Of a DNA stretch of 64,000 nucleotides, positions 1-8,005 are shown in pieces. The number at the start of each line of letters is the position of its first letter. The first letter of the stretch is position 1. This DNA comes from an uncultured Bacteroidota bacterium (lineage in GTDB: Bacteria; Bacteroidota; Bacteroidia; Bacteroidales; JAAUTT01), in the NCBI GenBank assembly GCA_963846585.1, contig CAWJWO010000010.1, positions 5,163 through 69,162 on the forward strand, read 5' to 3'. Position numbers and translations under genes: made by a program. Below the pieces are notes generated by a model. It did no database searches and was not told the DNA's origin. It worked only from the letters and a program-made list of their open reading frames with translations.

Positions 1-201
1 TCTTTCATCAATAGCGGTGAGATCATAAAGCAGGTTAAAAGGTTTATCGATTTCATATTTTAGATGTTTTAATATTTCACAGATTTGCTCTTTGCTGACC
101 CATAAAGTAAGGGTTCTATCAATGGTTTGTTGCGCTATGATAGCCGCCGAATCACTAAATGTATCCTTTAAATCATCTAATATATTTTGAACTACCTTCA
201 T
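1..201 (-). CDS. nuoC: NADH-quinone oxidoreductase subunit C, N-terminal part (runs off the window edge)
   Basis: Hand translation of the minus strand from the ATG at 201 gives MKVVQNILDDLKDTFSDSAAIIAQQTIDRTLTLWVSKEQICEILKHLKYEIDKPFNLLYDLTAIDER. The LYDLTAIDER segment and the position directly after nuoB fit the 30-kDa subunit. Confidence 0.7.
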   Translation of the reverse strand, partial: MKVVQNILDDLKDTFSDSAAIIAQQTIDRTLTLWVSKEQICEILKHLKYEIDKPFNLLYDLTAIDER

Positions 202-208
202 TCCATGG

Positions 209-832
209 TTATATTTCGTTCATTGTTCTGAGGTCATTCATCTTTCTGCGTTCATCAGCTTTTTTATCCCGCATGGAAATTTTTTCAGGTTTTATGATTC
301 CCTGCGAACCTATTGTCCAGCTCAAAGGACGTCTTTCTTTAGCTATCGTTTCACGCAGCAGAATCAACCCTTCAAGAAATGCATCAGGACGAGGCGGGCA
401 GCCGGAAACATACACATCAACAGGAAGAATTTTATCCACACCCTGAACTACACTATAAATATCAAACATTCCGCCAGAATTTGCACAGGATCCCATAGAT
501 ATGACCCATCTGGGAGCCATCATCTGTTCATAAAGTCTTTTGATGATGGGAGCCATCTTCATAAAAACAGTACCGGCAATTACCATCAGATCTGCTTCAC
601 GTGGCGTTCCACGTATTACTTCTCCTCCAAAGCGAGCTATATCAAAACGACTTGTTATGGACGTGGCCATTTCCACAAAGCAACACGACAGGCCAAAACC
701 AAAAGGCCAGATGGAATTTTTTCTCCCCCAGGCTATCATGTCATCTAAACGACTGAACAAAATGGATTCTTGTATTGCCTGATCGAGCATTTGAGCATTA
801 AGATCATCTGGCTTTTGTAAGATGTAATTCAT
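209..832 (-). CDS. nuoB: NADH-quinone oxidoreductase subunit B (20-kDa, Fe-S N2)
   Basis: Conserved cysteine motifs [17 protein letters not shown] and VSGCPPRP. Gene order is nuoA-nuoB-nuoC. Confidence 0.95.
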   Translation of the reverse strand: MNYILQKPDDLNAQMLDQAIQESILFSRLDDMIAWGRKNSIWPFGFGLSCCFVEMATSITSRFDIARFGGEVIRGTPREADLMVIAGTVFMKMAPIIKRLYEQMMAPRWVISMGSCANSGGMFDIYSVVQGVDKILPVDVYVSGCPPRPDAFLEGLILLRETIAKERRPLSWTIGSQGIIKPEKISMRDKKADERRKMNDLRTMNEI

Positions 833-891
833 TTTTGTTGTTTTGACCTCTATCGTTCTATTGTCTATGTATTAGAAGGATGTGAGGTGGT

Positions 892-1308
892 TTATTTGAA
901 ATTCCCTTTTTTCATTTGTTTTAAAATCCTTTTCCCTTTAGGGCCTAAATCTAAGGCACCAATATTTAATTCATATATCAGCACAACGATTAAAATTGTT
1001 ATAAATATTAAAATACCTATAAATCCAGGTTGTCCCAGTTTACGAAACGATACTGCCCAAGCCATGATAAATGCAGCATCGAGATCGAAAATAACAAAAA
1101 ACATTGCAATTAGATAAAAGTGGGATGTGAAACGATGCCTTGCATTTCCTGTAGGTTGTATACCTGATTCGTAAGGTTGGTCGGTAAGTTTCTCGTGATG
1201 TCTTTCACCAAGGATATATGATAACCCTATCATGATTCCAACTATTACTATAGCCGCCAGAGCATATATTAAAAAAGGCCAAAATGGAATTGCTTGTTCA
1301 TAATTCAT
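892..1308 (-). CDS. nuoA: NADH-quinone oxidoreductase subunit A
   Basis: 138 aa with three TM helices. Contains YESGI and FDLDAAF segments typical of NuoA/ND3, and lies immediately upstream of nuoB. Confidence 0.9.
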   Translation of the reverse strand: MNYEQAIPFWPFLIYALAAIVIVGIMIGLSYILGERHHEKLTDQPYESGIQPTGNARHRFTSHFYLIAMFFVIFDLDAAFIMAWAVSFRKLGQPGFIGILIFITILIVVLIYELNIGALDLGPKGKRILKQMKKGNFK

Positions 1309-1689
1309 GAATCAACAATTTAATTTAAAATTTTCAATCCCCGACAATCTTTCCAAATATACTTTATTAACCCAATCAATAGAAAAAAGTTTTAAACAAA
1401 AATAAAGTTTTTTAATAAAATAAAGTTGAGGATATTTACTTTTCCCTCTTAACTTATTCATAAACAAACCTCAAATAAACTTTTTAAGATTATAAAGGAA
1501 TGAATAACTTTTTAACATCTTTTAGTAATTTTATTGATTACCCCTTTAGTGCAAAATTCTTTTCTAGGCCCATCAGAGTGCAATTTGAATCACAAATTGA
1601 AAAGTTAGAACCTGAAGATAATGAAAGCTAAGGAATTATAGAAATAACTAATAACTTTATACCTCAATTTACTCTACTGAATTTTAAAG

Positions 1690-1942
1690 ACCGGCCAAAC
1701 GCTGCGCGGCTGGGAGGTGGACGACACCGTGCGCGGGGTGATCGAGAGCGGCGGGTACGGATCGTACTTCACGCACCGGACGGGCCATTCCATCGCCAGG
1801 AATGCACGGGAACGGCGCCAACATGGACAATCTGGAAACCCACGACGAGCGCCGGGTGACGCCTTGGACGTGCTTCTCGATCGAGCCGGGGATTTATCTG
1901 GAGACGTTCGGCGTGCGCTCGGAGATCAACATGTTCGTGGGT
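1690..1942 (+). pseudogene. GC-rich fragment encoding the C-terminus of an M24-family Xaa-Pro peptidase, frameshifted
   Basis: Base composition switches abruptly from AT-rich to GC-rich at about 1689 and back at about 1942. Frame 1 reads [29 protein letters not shown]. After a shift near 1795, frame 2 reads [46 protein letters not shown]. Both match the metal-binding end of the M24 pita-bread fold. Confidence 0.6.
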
Positions 1943-2644
1943 AAATTTACAGAAAAAGGAAAGATAGAAGGTGGTTGTAAATTAGATATAAACCATAACC
2001 TTATGTTTTATGTTTCCGATACTGGGATCGGAATTCCTAAAGATAAACAAAATCTGGTATTTGAACGTTTTGTCCAATTAAATCAAAATCCAAACAAATT
2101 AACATGGGGAACAGGTTTGGGCTTATCCATAGTGCAAGGGTTAGTAAACCTGTTAGGAGGAGAAATACTTCTTGAATCAGACCATGGAAAAGGAAGTACA
2201 TTTACTTTTACGATACCATACAAAACAACAGAAAAATTTTATACTAAACCTATATTAAATGAACAACTACACGAATTTCATTTCCCAAAAATAAATATTT
2301 TGATAGTTGAGGATGAACCTTATAACCTGGAATTTCTTAAAGAAATACTTATGAGTGCAGGGTTGAATTTTCTAATTGCCAAGAATGGGAAAGAAGCTGT
2401 TAAAATATCTTTAAAAAACCCAATTGATTTAATATTAATGGATATTCGACTTCCCGACACAGATGGTTATGAAGTTACAAGGCAAATAAGAAAACATAAA
2501 CCTAATTTGAATATTATTGCCCAAACTGCTTACGCTTCCAACGAGGAGAAACAAAAAGCTATGGATGCAGGTTGTATTGATTATATTAGTAAGCCTACCA
2601 ATAAATATTTATTATTATCTATGGTTAATAAATATATTTCATAA
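1943..2644 (+). pseudogene. 5'-truncated hybrid sensor histidine kinase: partial HATPase_c plus receiver domain
   Basis: Begins inside the N-box (KFTEKGKI). Then come the G1/G2 boxes (DTGIGIP, GTGLGLSIV) and a complete receiver (ILIVEDEPYN, DLILMDIRLPDTDG, SKP). There is no HisKA or sensor part upstream, only stop-rich AT-rich DNA before the GC-rich patch. Confidence 0.7.
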
Positions 2645-3160
2645 ATTTAAAATAGAACGTTCATCAAGTCCTTTTAATTTATATCATTATACTTATTAAA
2701 TTTTTTGTCAATAAAGATATATATCGTCAAAAACAATACTTGTTATGTACTATATTGAGAAAAAATTTATATGGACTAAATAGTATATATATGTAGGCAC
2801 GGGTAAGTTTGACTATCCCCTCCAAAAGTATGGTAGGGGTAAAATAAGAGCAACTTTTATGTTTTTTTTCCTTTGTCATATCTGAATAAATAATCCAATA
2901 TGACATATTTAAAAACAAAATTAATTCATCACTATTCAATAATCGGCTTGTATAACTTTATATTTCAATATATTGTAGGTTAATTTTGAATCTGTCACAA
3001 ATACATTGAGACAGATGTAATCGGTAAATAACACTGCACAGTTATTGGCAAATAAGAATGCACAAAAAATGGCAACCATAATGCACAGTTTTTCTTTCCA
3101 AATATAACAAGACTAGGAATGAAAAACTGATCTTTAGCCGGAAAACTAATTCTGGCCATT

Positions 3161-4723
3161 ATGAACGCATTTTATAATAAGTTGATGACATATTACGAGA
3201 TCCACAGATTATTTAGAGAGGATTATTCAATTAGTCAAATAAGTAGGAAATTAGCTATTAATCGAAGAACGGTTAAGAACTATCTATCTATGAGTGAAAT
3301 TCAATACGAAAAATTTATTGCTAATCAAGTTGATAGAAAGAAAGATTTACTTCCTTTTGAATATTTTGTAAAAGCTAAATTAGGTTTATATCAAGAAACA
3401 TCTGCCTCTCAAATGCATGATTGGATGAAGGAAAAGCATGAGAATTTTCCTAAAGTGTCTTCAAAAACAGTTTACAATTTTGTAATGTGGGTGCGTCAAA
3501 AGTATAACCTGCCTAAGATAAGCCCTATTAGAGAATACATGATTGTTGAAGATCTCCCATACGGTAAACAGGCACAAGTTGATTTTGGAGAATATAACAT
3601 GCGTGATGGAAATCATAAACGTGTCAAAGTATGGTTCTTTTTAATGGTGCTTTCCCGTTCAAGGTTCAAATATTTATGGTTCTCGGAACATCCATTTACA
3701 AGTGATTTGGCCATTGAGGCACATGAAAAAGCCTTCGGTTATATTGGTGGCATACCTGATGAGATTGTGTACGATCAGGATAAAGTCTTTTTAGTGAATG
3801 AGAATACCGGTGATCTGATCCTTACTGATGCATTCAGGGCTTATACTAAAGAAAGATCCTTCGGTTTGCATTTTTGTCGAAAGGCAGATCCGGAAAGTAA
3901 AGGTAAGATTGAAAGTGGAGTCAAATATGTAAAACAAAACTTCCTGTACAACCGGCCATTTTATAACATTGAAACATTAAACGATGAAGCCATGGCCTGG
4001 CTTGAACGCACTGCCAATATTATGCCCCATGCCCGTACCATGAAACCGCCATGCGATGAATTGATCATTGAAAAACCATTCTTAAACCCATATACATATT
4101 TTGCACTAAAGCCTACTCCACCAAAACCATACACCGTTAACAAAGATAATACTATCTTATGGAAAGGTAATGTATATGCTCTTCCCCAGGGTACTTATAA
4201 GGGTCGTGGTTCGCTAGCCCACGTGAATAAAGAAAATAATCAAATTATTATATCCGATCTTGATGGTAAACAAATATATCGTCATGACATACCTGCAAGT
4301 AAAGGTCAGGTAGTAACCAATACCGATCTACGCAGGGATAAACGTGGGGCTATTGAAGAAATCATCACCCAGGTAAGCCAGATGTTCGATGATCCACAAA
4401 GTGCCAGACAATATCTTGAAGCGATACACTCTGAAAAACCACGTTATGTGCGCGACCAGATCATCTTAATAAGAAAAACCATAGAAACGTATGATAAGTT
4501 ATCCGTAAACGAAGCACTGCTTTATTGTAGTCAAAATAGGATATACAGTGCCGTAGACTTTAAAGCAGTTATTATACACACCACCCGTAACAAGTCACAA
4601 CAGCCAGAAAAAATCATTGCAAAAATAAATCCATTGACAAAGGATACTTCCTTCAATGCTAACTTAATACCTTCAAAAAGCAATATAATAGATTATGAAC
4701 AATTAATGCAAAACAAAAATTAA
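3161..4723 (+). CDS. istA: IS21-family transposase IstA
   Basis: N-terminal HTH (SISQISRKLAINRRTVKNYL), a DDE integrase-like core (QVDFGE, YDQDK, ESKGKIE), about 520 aa, followed 3 nt later by istB. Confidence 0.9.
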   Translation: MNAFYNKLMTYYEIHRLFREDYSISQISRKLAINRRTVKNYLSMSEIQYEKFIANQVDRKKDLLPFEYFVKAKLGLYQETSASQMHDWMKEKHENFPKVSSKTVYNFVMWVRQKYNLPKISPIREYMIVEDLPYGKQAQVDFGEYNMRDGNHKRVKVWFFLMVLSRSRFKYLWFSEHPFTSDLAIEAHEKAFGYIGGIPDEIVYDQDKVFLVNENTGDLILTDAFRAYTKERSFGLHFCRKADPESKGKIESGVKYVKQNFLYNRPFYNIETLNDEAMAWLERTANIMPHARTMKPPCDELIIEKPFLNPYTYFALKPTPPKPYTVNKDNTILWKGNVYALPQGTYKGRGSLAHVNKENNQIIISDLDGKQIYRHDIPASKGQVVTNTDLRRDKRGAIEEIITQVSQMFDDPQSARQYLEAIHSEKPRYVRDQIILIRKTIETYDKLSVNEALLYCSQNRIYSAVDFKAVIIHTTRNKSQQPEKIIAKINPLTKDTSFNANLIPSKSNIIDYEQLMQNKN

Positions 4724-4725
4724 TT

Positions 4726-5481
4726 ATGGAAAACAAACAATTAATACGCAGTTACTGCAGACAATTTAGAATGGGAGGTCTGGCCAATAGCCTGGACCAA
4801 ATGTTAATCGATGCTGAGACAAACAACATCGGATACCTCCAATATACCCTTAATCTCTTTAAGGCTGAAGCCTCGCACAGGGAATACAATGATGTTCAAA
4901 AACGATTGAAAACAGCCAGGTTGCCTCATTTACACGACTTGACAACTTATGATTACTCCTTTGAGAATGGCCTATCAAAAGTAAGATTAAATCAATTAAG
5001 GGAATTTGACTGGCTCGATCAAATTTACAATGTTGTTTTGATGGGATCTTCCGGAACAGGAAAAACGTTCCTGGCAGCAGGTCTTTGTGCTGACGCAGTT
5101 CAAAAAGGATACAAAGCCTACTTTAGAACAATGGAAGAAATTATAAATATGTTGAAAATGAAAGATGTTACTGCTACTGCAATGGCCGATTTTAAACGGT
5201 TAAATAAAGCTAATTTAATTGTTATTGATGATATTATGCTCTTTCCTGTGGAAAAATTACAAGCGGTAACTCTCTTTAATTTTATTAATCAGATTTATGA
5301 GCAAACATCATTTATTATTACAACTAATAAAGCGCCAAGTGAATGGGCTGCAATGCTTAACGATGAAGTTTTAGCAACAGCTCTTCTTGATAGGCTTTTG
5401 TATCATAGTGAAGTAATTAACTTGACCGGGAAAAGCTTCAGATTGAAAAATAGAAAAACAATTTTTGAATCAGAAAATTAA
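4726..5481 (+). CDS. istB: IS21-family helper ATPase IstB
   Basis: Walker A GSSGTGKTFLA and Walker B LIVIDDI. The 251-aa size and position after istA also fit. Confidence 0.9.
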   Translation: MENKQLIRSYCRQFRMGGLANSLDQMLIDAETNNIGYLQYTLNLFKAEASHREYNDVQKRLKTARLPHLHDLTTYDYSFENGLSKVRLNQLREFDWLDQIYNVVLMGSSGTGKTFLAAGLCADAVQKGYKAYFRTMEEIINMLKMKDVTATAMADFKRLNKANLIVIDDIMLFPVEKLQAVTLFNFINQIYEQTSFIITTNKAPSEWAAMLNDEVLATALLDRLLYHSEVINLTGKSFRLKNRKTIFESEN

Positions 5482-5488
5482 TATAATT

Positions 5489-6781
5489 TTAACATTGAAA
5501 ATTGAGCATTATGGTTGCCATTTTTTGTGCATTGCTAATTGCTAAAATTTGTGCAGTTGTAATTACCGACAACACTTGCTCAAACGAAGCTAAATAATTT
5601 TCTGTAGTATCGAGGTTAGTATGACCTAAACTTTCTGAAATAAACGCAATATTTGCCCCGCTGCGCTTTAATACAGTGGCGAAACTATGGCGGGCTGTGT
5701 AAGTTGAGATTTTAGGAAGGTTTAAATTTTTCGCTATTAATTGCATTTTGTCATTTACCAAATGAGTAACATTTTTAATAATGCGTTGCTCGTCAACTAA
5801 GGTAATACCCTCAGTTAAAAAAGGGAATATGTAATTATTTGGGGCTTTGGTTCTATTGCCCCATTTTGTTATTATTTGCTCCATTTGAGGTAATAAAGGG
5901 GCTGAAATTTTCTTTTTATTCTTTGTTTTGCGGATGGTTTTTTGACGGTAAAATGAAATTTCGCCGTTTGATATATCGGAATATTTTAATTTTAAAAGGT
6001 CCACCATATTGATACCATTGCACAAATAGGAGAAAAACCATAAATCACGGCAACGGTCTTCATTCTCTGTTTTAACTTCGTAATGCATTAATTGACCAAT
6101 TTGAGAAAGTGTTAAAGCTAAATTACGACCTTCACCAGTAGGAATTTCATATTTGCCTTTACCAAATGGGTATTGAGCTGCTGTAATATATCCTAGTTCT
6201 TTGCCAATATTTATGATTGACTGCAAAGCTCTCATGTACATTGAAATGGTGGTGTAGCTTTTAGCTTTCTTCTTTTTTTCTTTATCTTCTAATAGCAACC
6301 AGCTTTCAAACTTTTTAAGCCAATCTATTGTAATATCAGAAAATCTAAGTTGATTATTGGTATATAATTTAATACTGTTTGAAGAATACTTATACCAAAT
6401 GGAAGTACCTAATTGCCCTGAATTAATTAATTCCTGAATTTTGTTTTCATAGAATGTGAAAATATTATTATCGGTTCCTTTACCCATTCTTTTATTAAGG
6501 GTATCAAAACTAAAGCCACCAATTTTTAATATGGAATCGATTTGTTCTTCAACCTTGTTTTTGAATGATAAAAGTTGCTCAAATGTTTTTATTGTTGACT
6601 TTTTCTTTGATTTCTCTATATTTGCAAAATCTTCAACTGATAGGTTAATACCAGTTGAATAATAAATACGAGCTCTTTGAAAGGTAACTTTATACTTAAC
6701 TGGATACACATTATCCTTTTTCTCTCTGCGGATATCTAGGTACAATGTACCTGTAACACCAGAATTGGAGTATATTTTCAT
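5489..6781 (-). CDS. Tyrosine site-specific recombinase (phage-integrase family) with its 3' end replaced by IS21 sequence
   Basis: C-terminal catalytic signature TYTARHSFATVLKRSG...LGHTNLDTTENYL (HxxR, H, catalytic Y). The last ~28-30 codons (about 5575-5582 down to 5489) are read out of the IS21 right terminus. Confidence 0.85.
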   Translation of the reverse strand: MKIYSNSGVTGTLYLDIRREKKDNVYPVKYKVTFQRARIYYSTGINLSVEDFANIEKSKKKSTIKTFEQLLSFKNKVEEQIDSILKIGGFSFDTLNKRMGKGTDNNIFTFYENKIQELINSGQLGTSIWYKYSSNSIKLYTNNQLRFSDITIDWLKKFESWLLLEDKEKKKKAKSYTTISMYMRALQSIINIGKELGYITAAQYPFGKGKYEIPTGEGRNLALTLSQIGQLMHYEVKTENEDRCRDLWFFSYLCNGINMVDLLKLKYSDISNGEISFYRQKTIRKTKNKKKISAPLLPQMEQIITKWGNRTKAPNNYIFPFLTEGITLVDEQRIIKNVTHLVNDKMQLIAKNLNLPKISTYTARHSFATVLKRSGANIAFISESLGHTNLDTTENYLASFEQVLSVITTAQILAISNAQKMATIMLNFQC

Positions 6782-6942
6782 AAGGTGTGCAAGTTTTTAT
6801 TGGATACACGATTTGCACACAAATATAGTAAATATAAGGAAATATACGAAAGAAAAGTAAAGTTATTTTGTAGTAAAAGTGCTGTTATTCACGTATTTAG
6901 AAACAAATGCAAAAGAATGAAAATAGAGAAAAATGGGGTTTT

Positions 6943-6988
6943 TATGCATGGCATGCAAGAGGTCGCGAGTTCGATTCTCGCATTCTCC
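6943..6988 (+). other. Orphan 3' fragment of a class II tRNA (variable arm, T-arm, acceptor 3' strand): likely att-site relic
   Basis: Variable-arm-like hairpin TGCATGGCATGCA, T-arm GCGAG-TTCGATT-CTCGC, acceptor strand ATTCTCC plus discriminator A. No complementary GGAGAAT 5' strand, D-arm or anticodon arm lies upstream. It sits about 160 bp from the integrase start codon. Confidence 0.5.
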
Positions 6989-7286
6989 ACTCTTTACTTT
7001 AATTGGCTTCCTGAGGTTTGGAGGCCATTATTTTTTATAATACTTATAAATACTAAGGTTTAAAATTAAAAATAAGGTTTAAATAATACATTAAGTTATA
7101 GATAAACTTTTAAAAGGTTGTATTATACTTCTGTCTTAACGTTGTAACACTTAAAATAAATATATTATGATCAAAATGCAGTTATAGCCCCTTTTTAAGG
7201 CATAGCCGTCAGGTTAATGTCTATATAGAGCAGAATGATAGATATTTAGTGTAAATGTAATAAAATATTAGTGTAATTAAGAGCGT

Positions 7287-7775
7287 ATGTCAACGACTGG
7301 ATTTGTATATATTATGACCAATAAGAACAAAACAAATTTATATATTGGGGTTACAAACAATTTATGCAGAAGAATACATGAGCATAAAAATCATTTGATA
7401 AATGACACTTTTACAGATAAGTACAATATTGAATACTGTATTTATTACGAAGAATTTCAATATTTTGAATTGGCAATACAAAGAGAAAAAGAATTAAAAA
7501 AGTGGAACCGTCAAAAGTTTATTTCGAGCGACGCGAGAAAACTCAAGATAAACAAAAAGAACCCCGAATGGAAAGTGCTGGTAACAGAGCGTGGCTTTGT
7601 TCGGAATAATAAATCATTTTCTCAACATGTTTCGGACATAGTCAATGAATTACAACCAATTAAAGAGATTCCTCCCTGCGGTCGGAATGACGACCAGCAG
7701 AATTGTGGCGTTGCGGGAGGTGAAGAGAGTGCGGCTTTGCCGCACTCTCTTCACCTCCCGCTCTCTGACCAATAA
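7287..7775 (+). CDS. GIY-YIG nuclease family protein (C-terminal ~50 aa encoded by palindromic repeat DNA)
   Basis: Motifs GFVYIMTN...LYIGVTNNLCRRIHEHKN...YYEEF...AIQREKELKKWNR...NPEWK match the small GIY-YIG proteins common in Bacteroidetes. The reading frame then runs into the nested palindrome at 7665-7807. Confidence 0.8.
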   Translation: MSTTGFVYIMTNKNKTNLYIGVTNNLCRRIHEHKNHLINDTFTDKYNIEYCIYYEEFQYFELAIQREKELKKWNRQKFISSDARKLKINKKNPEWKVLVTERGFVRNNKSFSQHVSDIVNELQPIKEIPPCGRNDDQQNCGVAGGEESAALPHSLHLPLSDQ

Positions 7776-7807
7776 CGACAGTCATTTCGAGCGAAGCGAG
7801 AAATCTC
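7665..7807. repeat. Nested palindromic module inside cassette copy A
   Basis: The imperfect outer arms are GAGATTCCTCCCTGCGGTCGGAATGAC (7665-7691) and GTCATTTCGAGCGAAGCGAGAAATCTC (7781-7807). They enclose a perfect 23-bp stem, GCGGGAGGTGAAGAGAGTGCGGC-TTT-GCCGCACTCTCTTCACCTCCCGC (7713-7761). Confidence 0.8.
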
Positions 7808-8005
7808 AAATAAAGTATTATAATTGTATATAAGCATTTTACAAGCGTTAACCTGACGGCTATGCTTTTTAAGGGGTTGGGGTTAAGCACATTACAATAT
7901 AAAATCAAATTACTAAAATTAAACTCCCATCACAATACTAATGGGTATCTCTAAAAACTCTCAAATTTGAAGCCCAACAAAGAAGTTGAAGTTTTAAGAG
8001 GTACC

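Larger units (their letters stand above)
3007..5582 (+). mobile_element. IS21-family insertion sequence (ends approximate)
   Basis: Carries an istA/istB gene pair. The imperfect terminal inverted repeats are TGAGACAGATGTAATCGGTAAATAACACTGCACAG (left, from 3007) and the reverse complement of the right end, TGAGCAAGTGTTGTCGGTAATTACAACTGCACAA (to 5582). There is also a perfect inner 27-bp inverted repeat, ATGCACAAAAAATGGCAACCATAATGC, at 3058-3084 and 5506-5532. I could not identify a target-site duplication. Confidence 0.85.
7180..7886 (+). mobile_element. GIY-YIG nuclease cassette, copy A (707-bp repeat unit)
   Basis: Near-identical to 41737-42443 in inverted orientation. The 17-bp terminal inverted repeat CATAGCCGTCAGGTTAA (7201-7217 / 7848-7864) is flanked by the direct 10-mer CTTTTTAAGG (7191-7200 / 7865-7874). 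Confidence 0.6.

Noticed and set aside
1717-1944. 75-aa ORF in the GC-rich patch treated as a separate gene
   Set aside because: Its first part is the genuine M24 frame, but after about 1795 it is the out-of-frame reading ([17 protein letters not shown]...). It is better described as one frameshifted fragment.
2727-2939. 70-aa minus-strand ORF between the truncated kinase and IS21, considered as the displaced integrase C-terminus
   Set aside because: The sequence (MNSDELILFLNMSYWIIY...) has no resemblance to integrase C-terminal regions and is not in a position contiguous with the IS end.
2990-5600. Target-site duplication for the IS21 element
   Set aside because: The flanks at either candidate pair of termini (3007/5582 or 3016/5574) do not repeat each other, so I claim no duplication.
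6895-6988. Possible complete class II tRNA gene
   Set aside because: No GGAGAAT 5' acceptor strand, D-arm (GCCGAGTGG-like) or anticodon stem could be found upstream of the variable-arm/T-arm segment. I kept it only as a 3' fragment.
6785-7063. 92-aa ORF overlapping the tRNA fragment
   Set aside because: It reads through the tRNA-like T-arm and AT-rich leader, and no protein features are present.
7645-7833. 62-aa ORF (MNYNQLKRFLPAVGMTTSR...) conserved in both GIY-YIG cassettes (also at 41790-41978)
   Set aside because: Its conservation is explained by the DNA repeat itself. The sequence is a translation of the nested palindrome in another frame.
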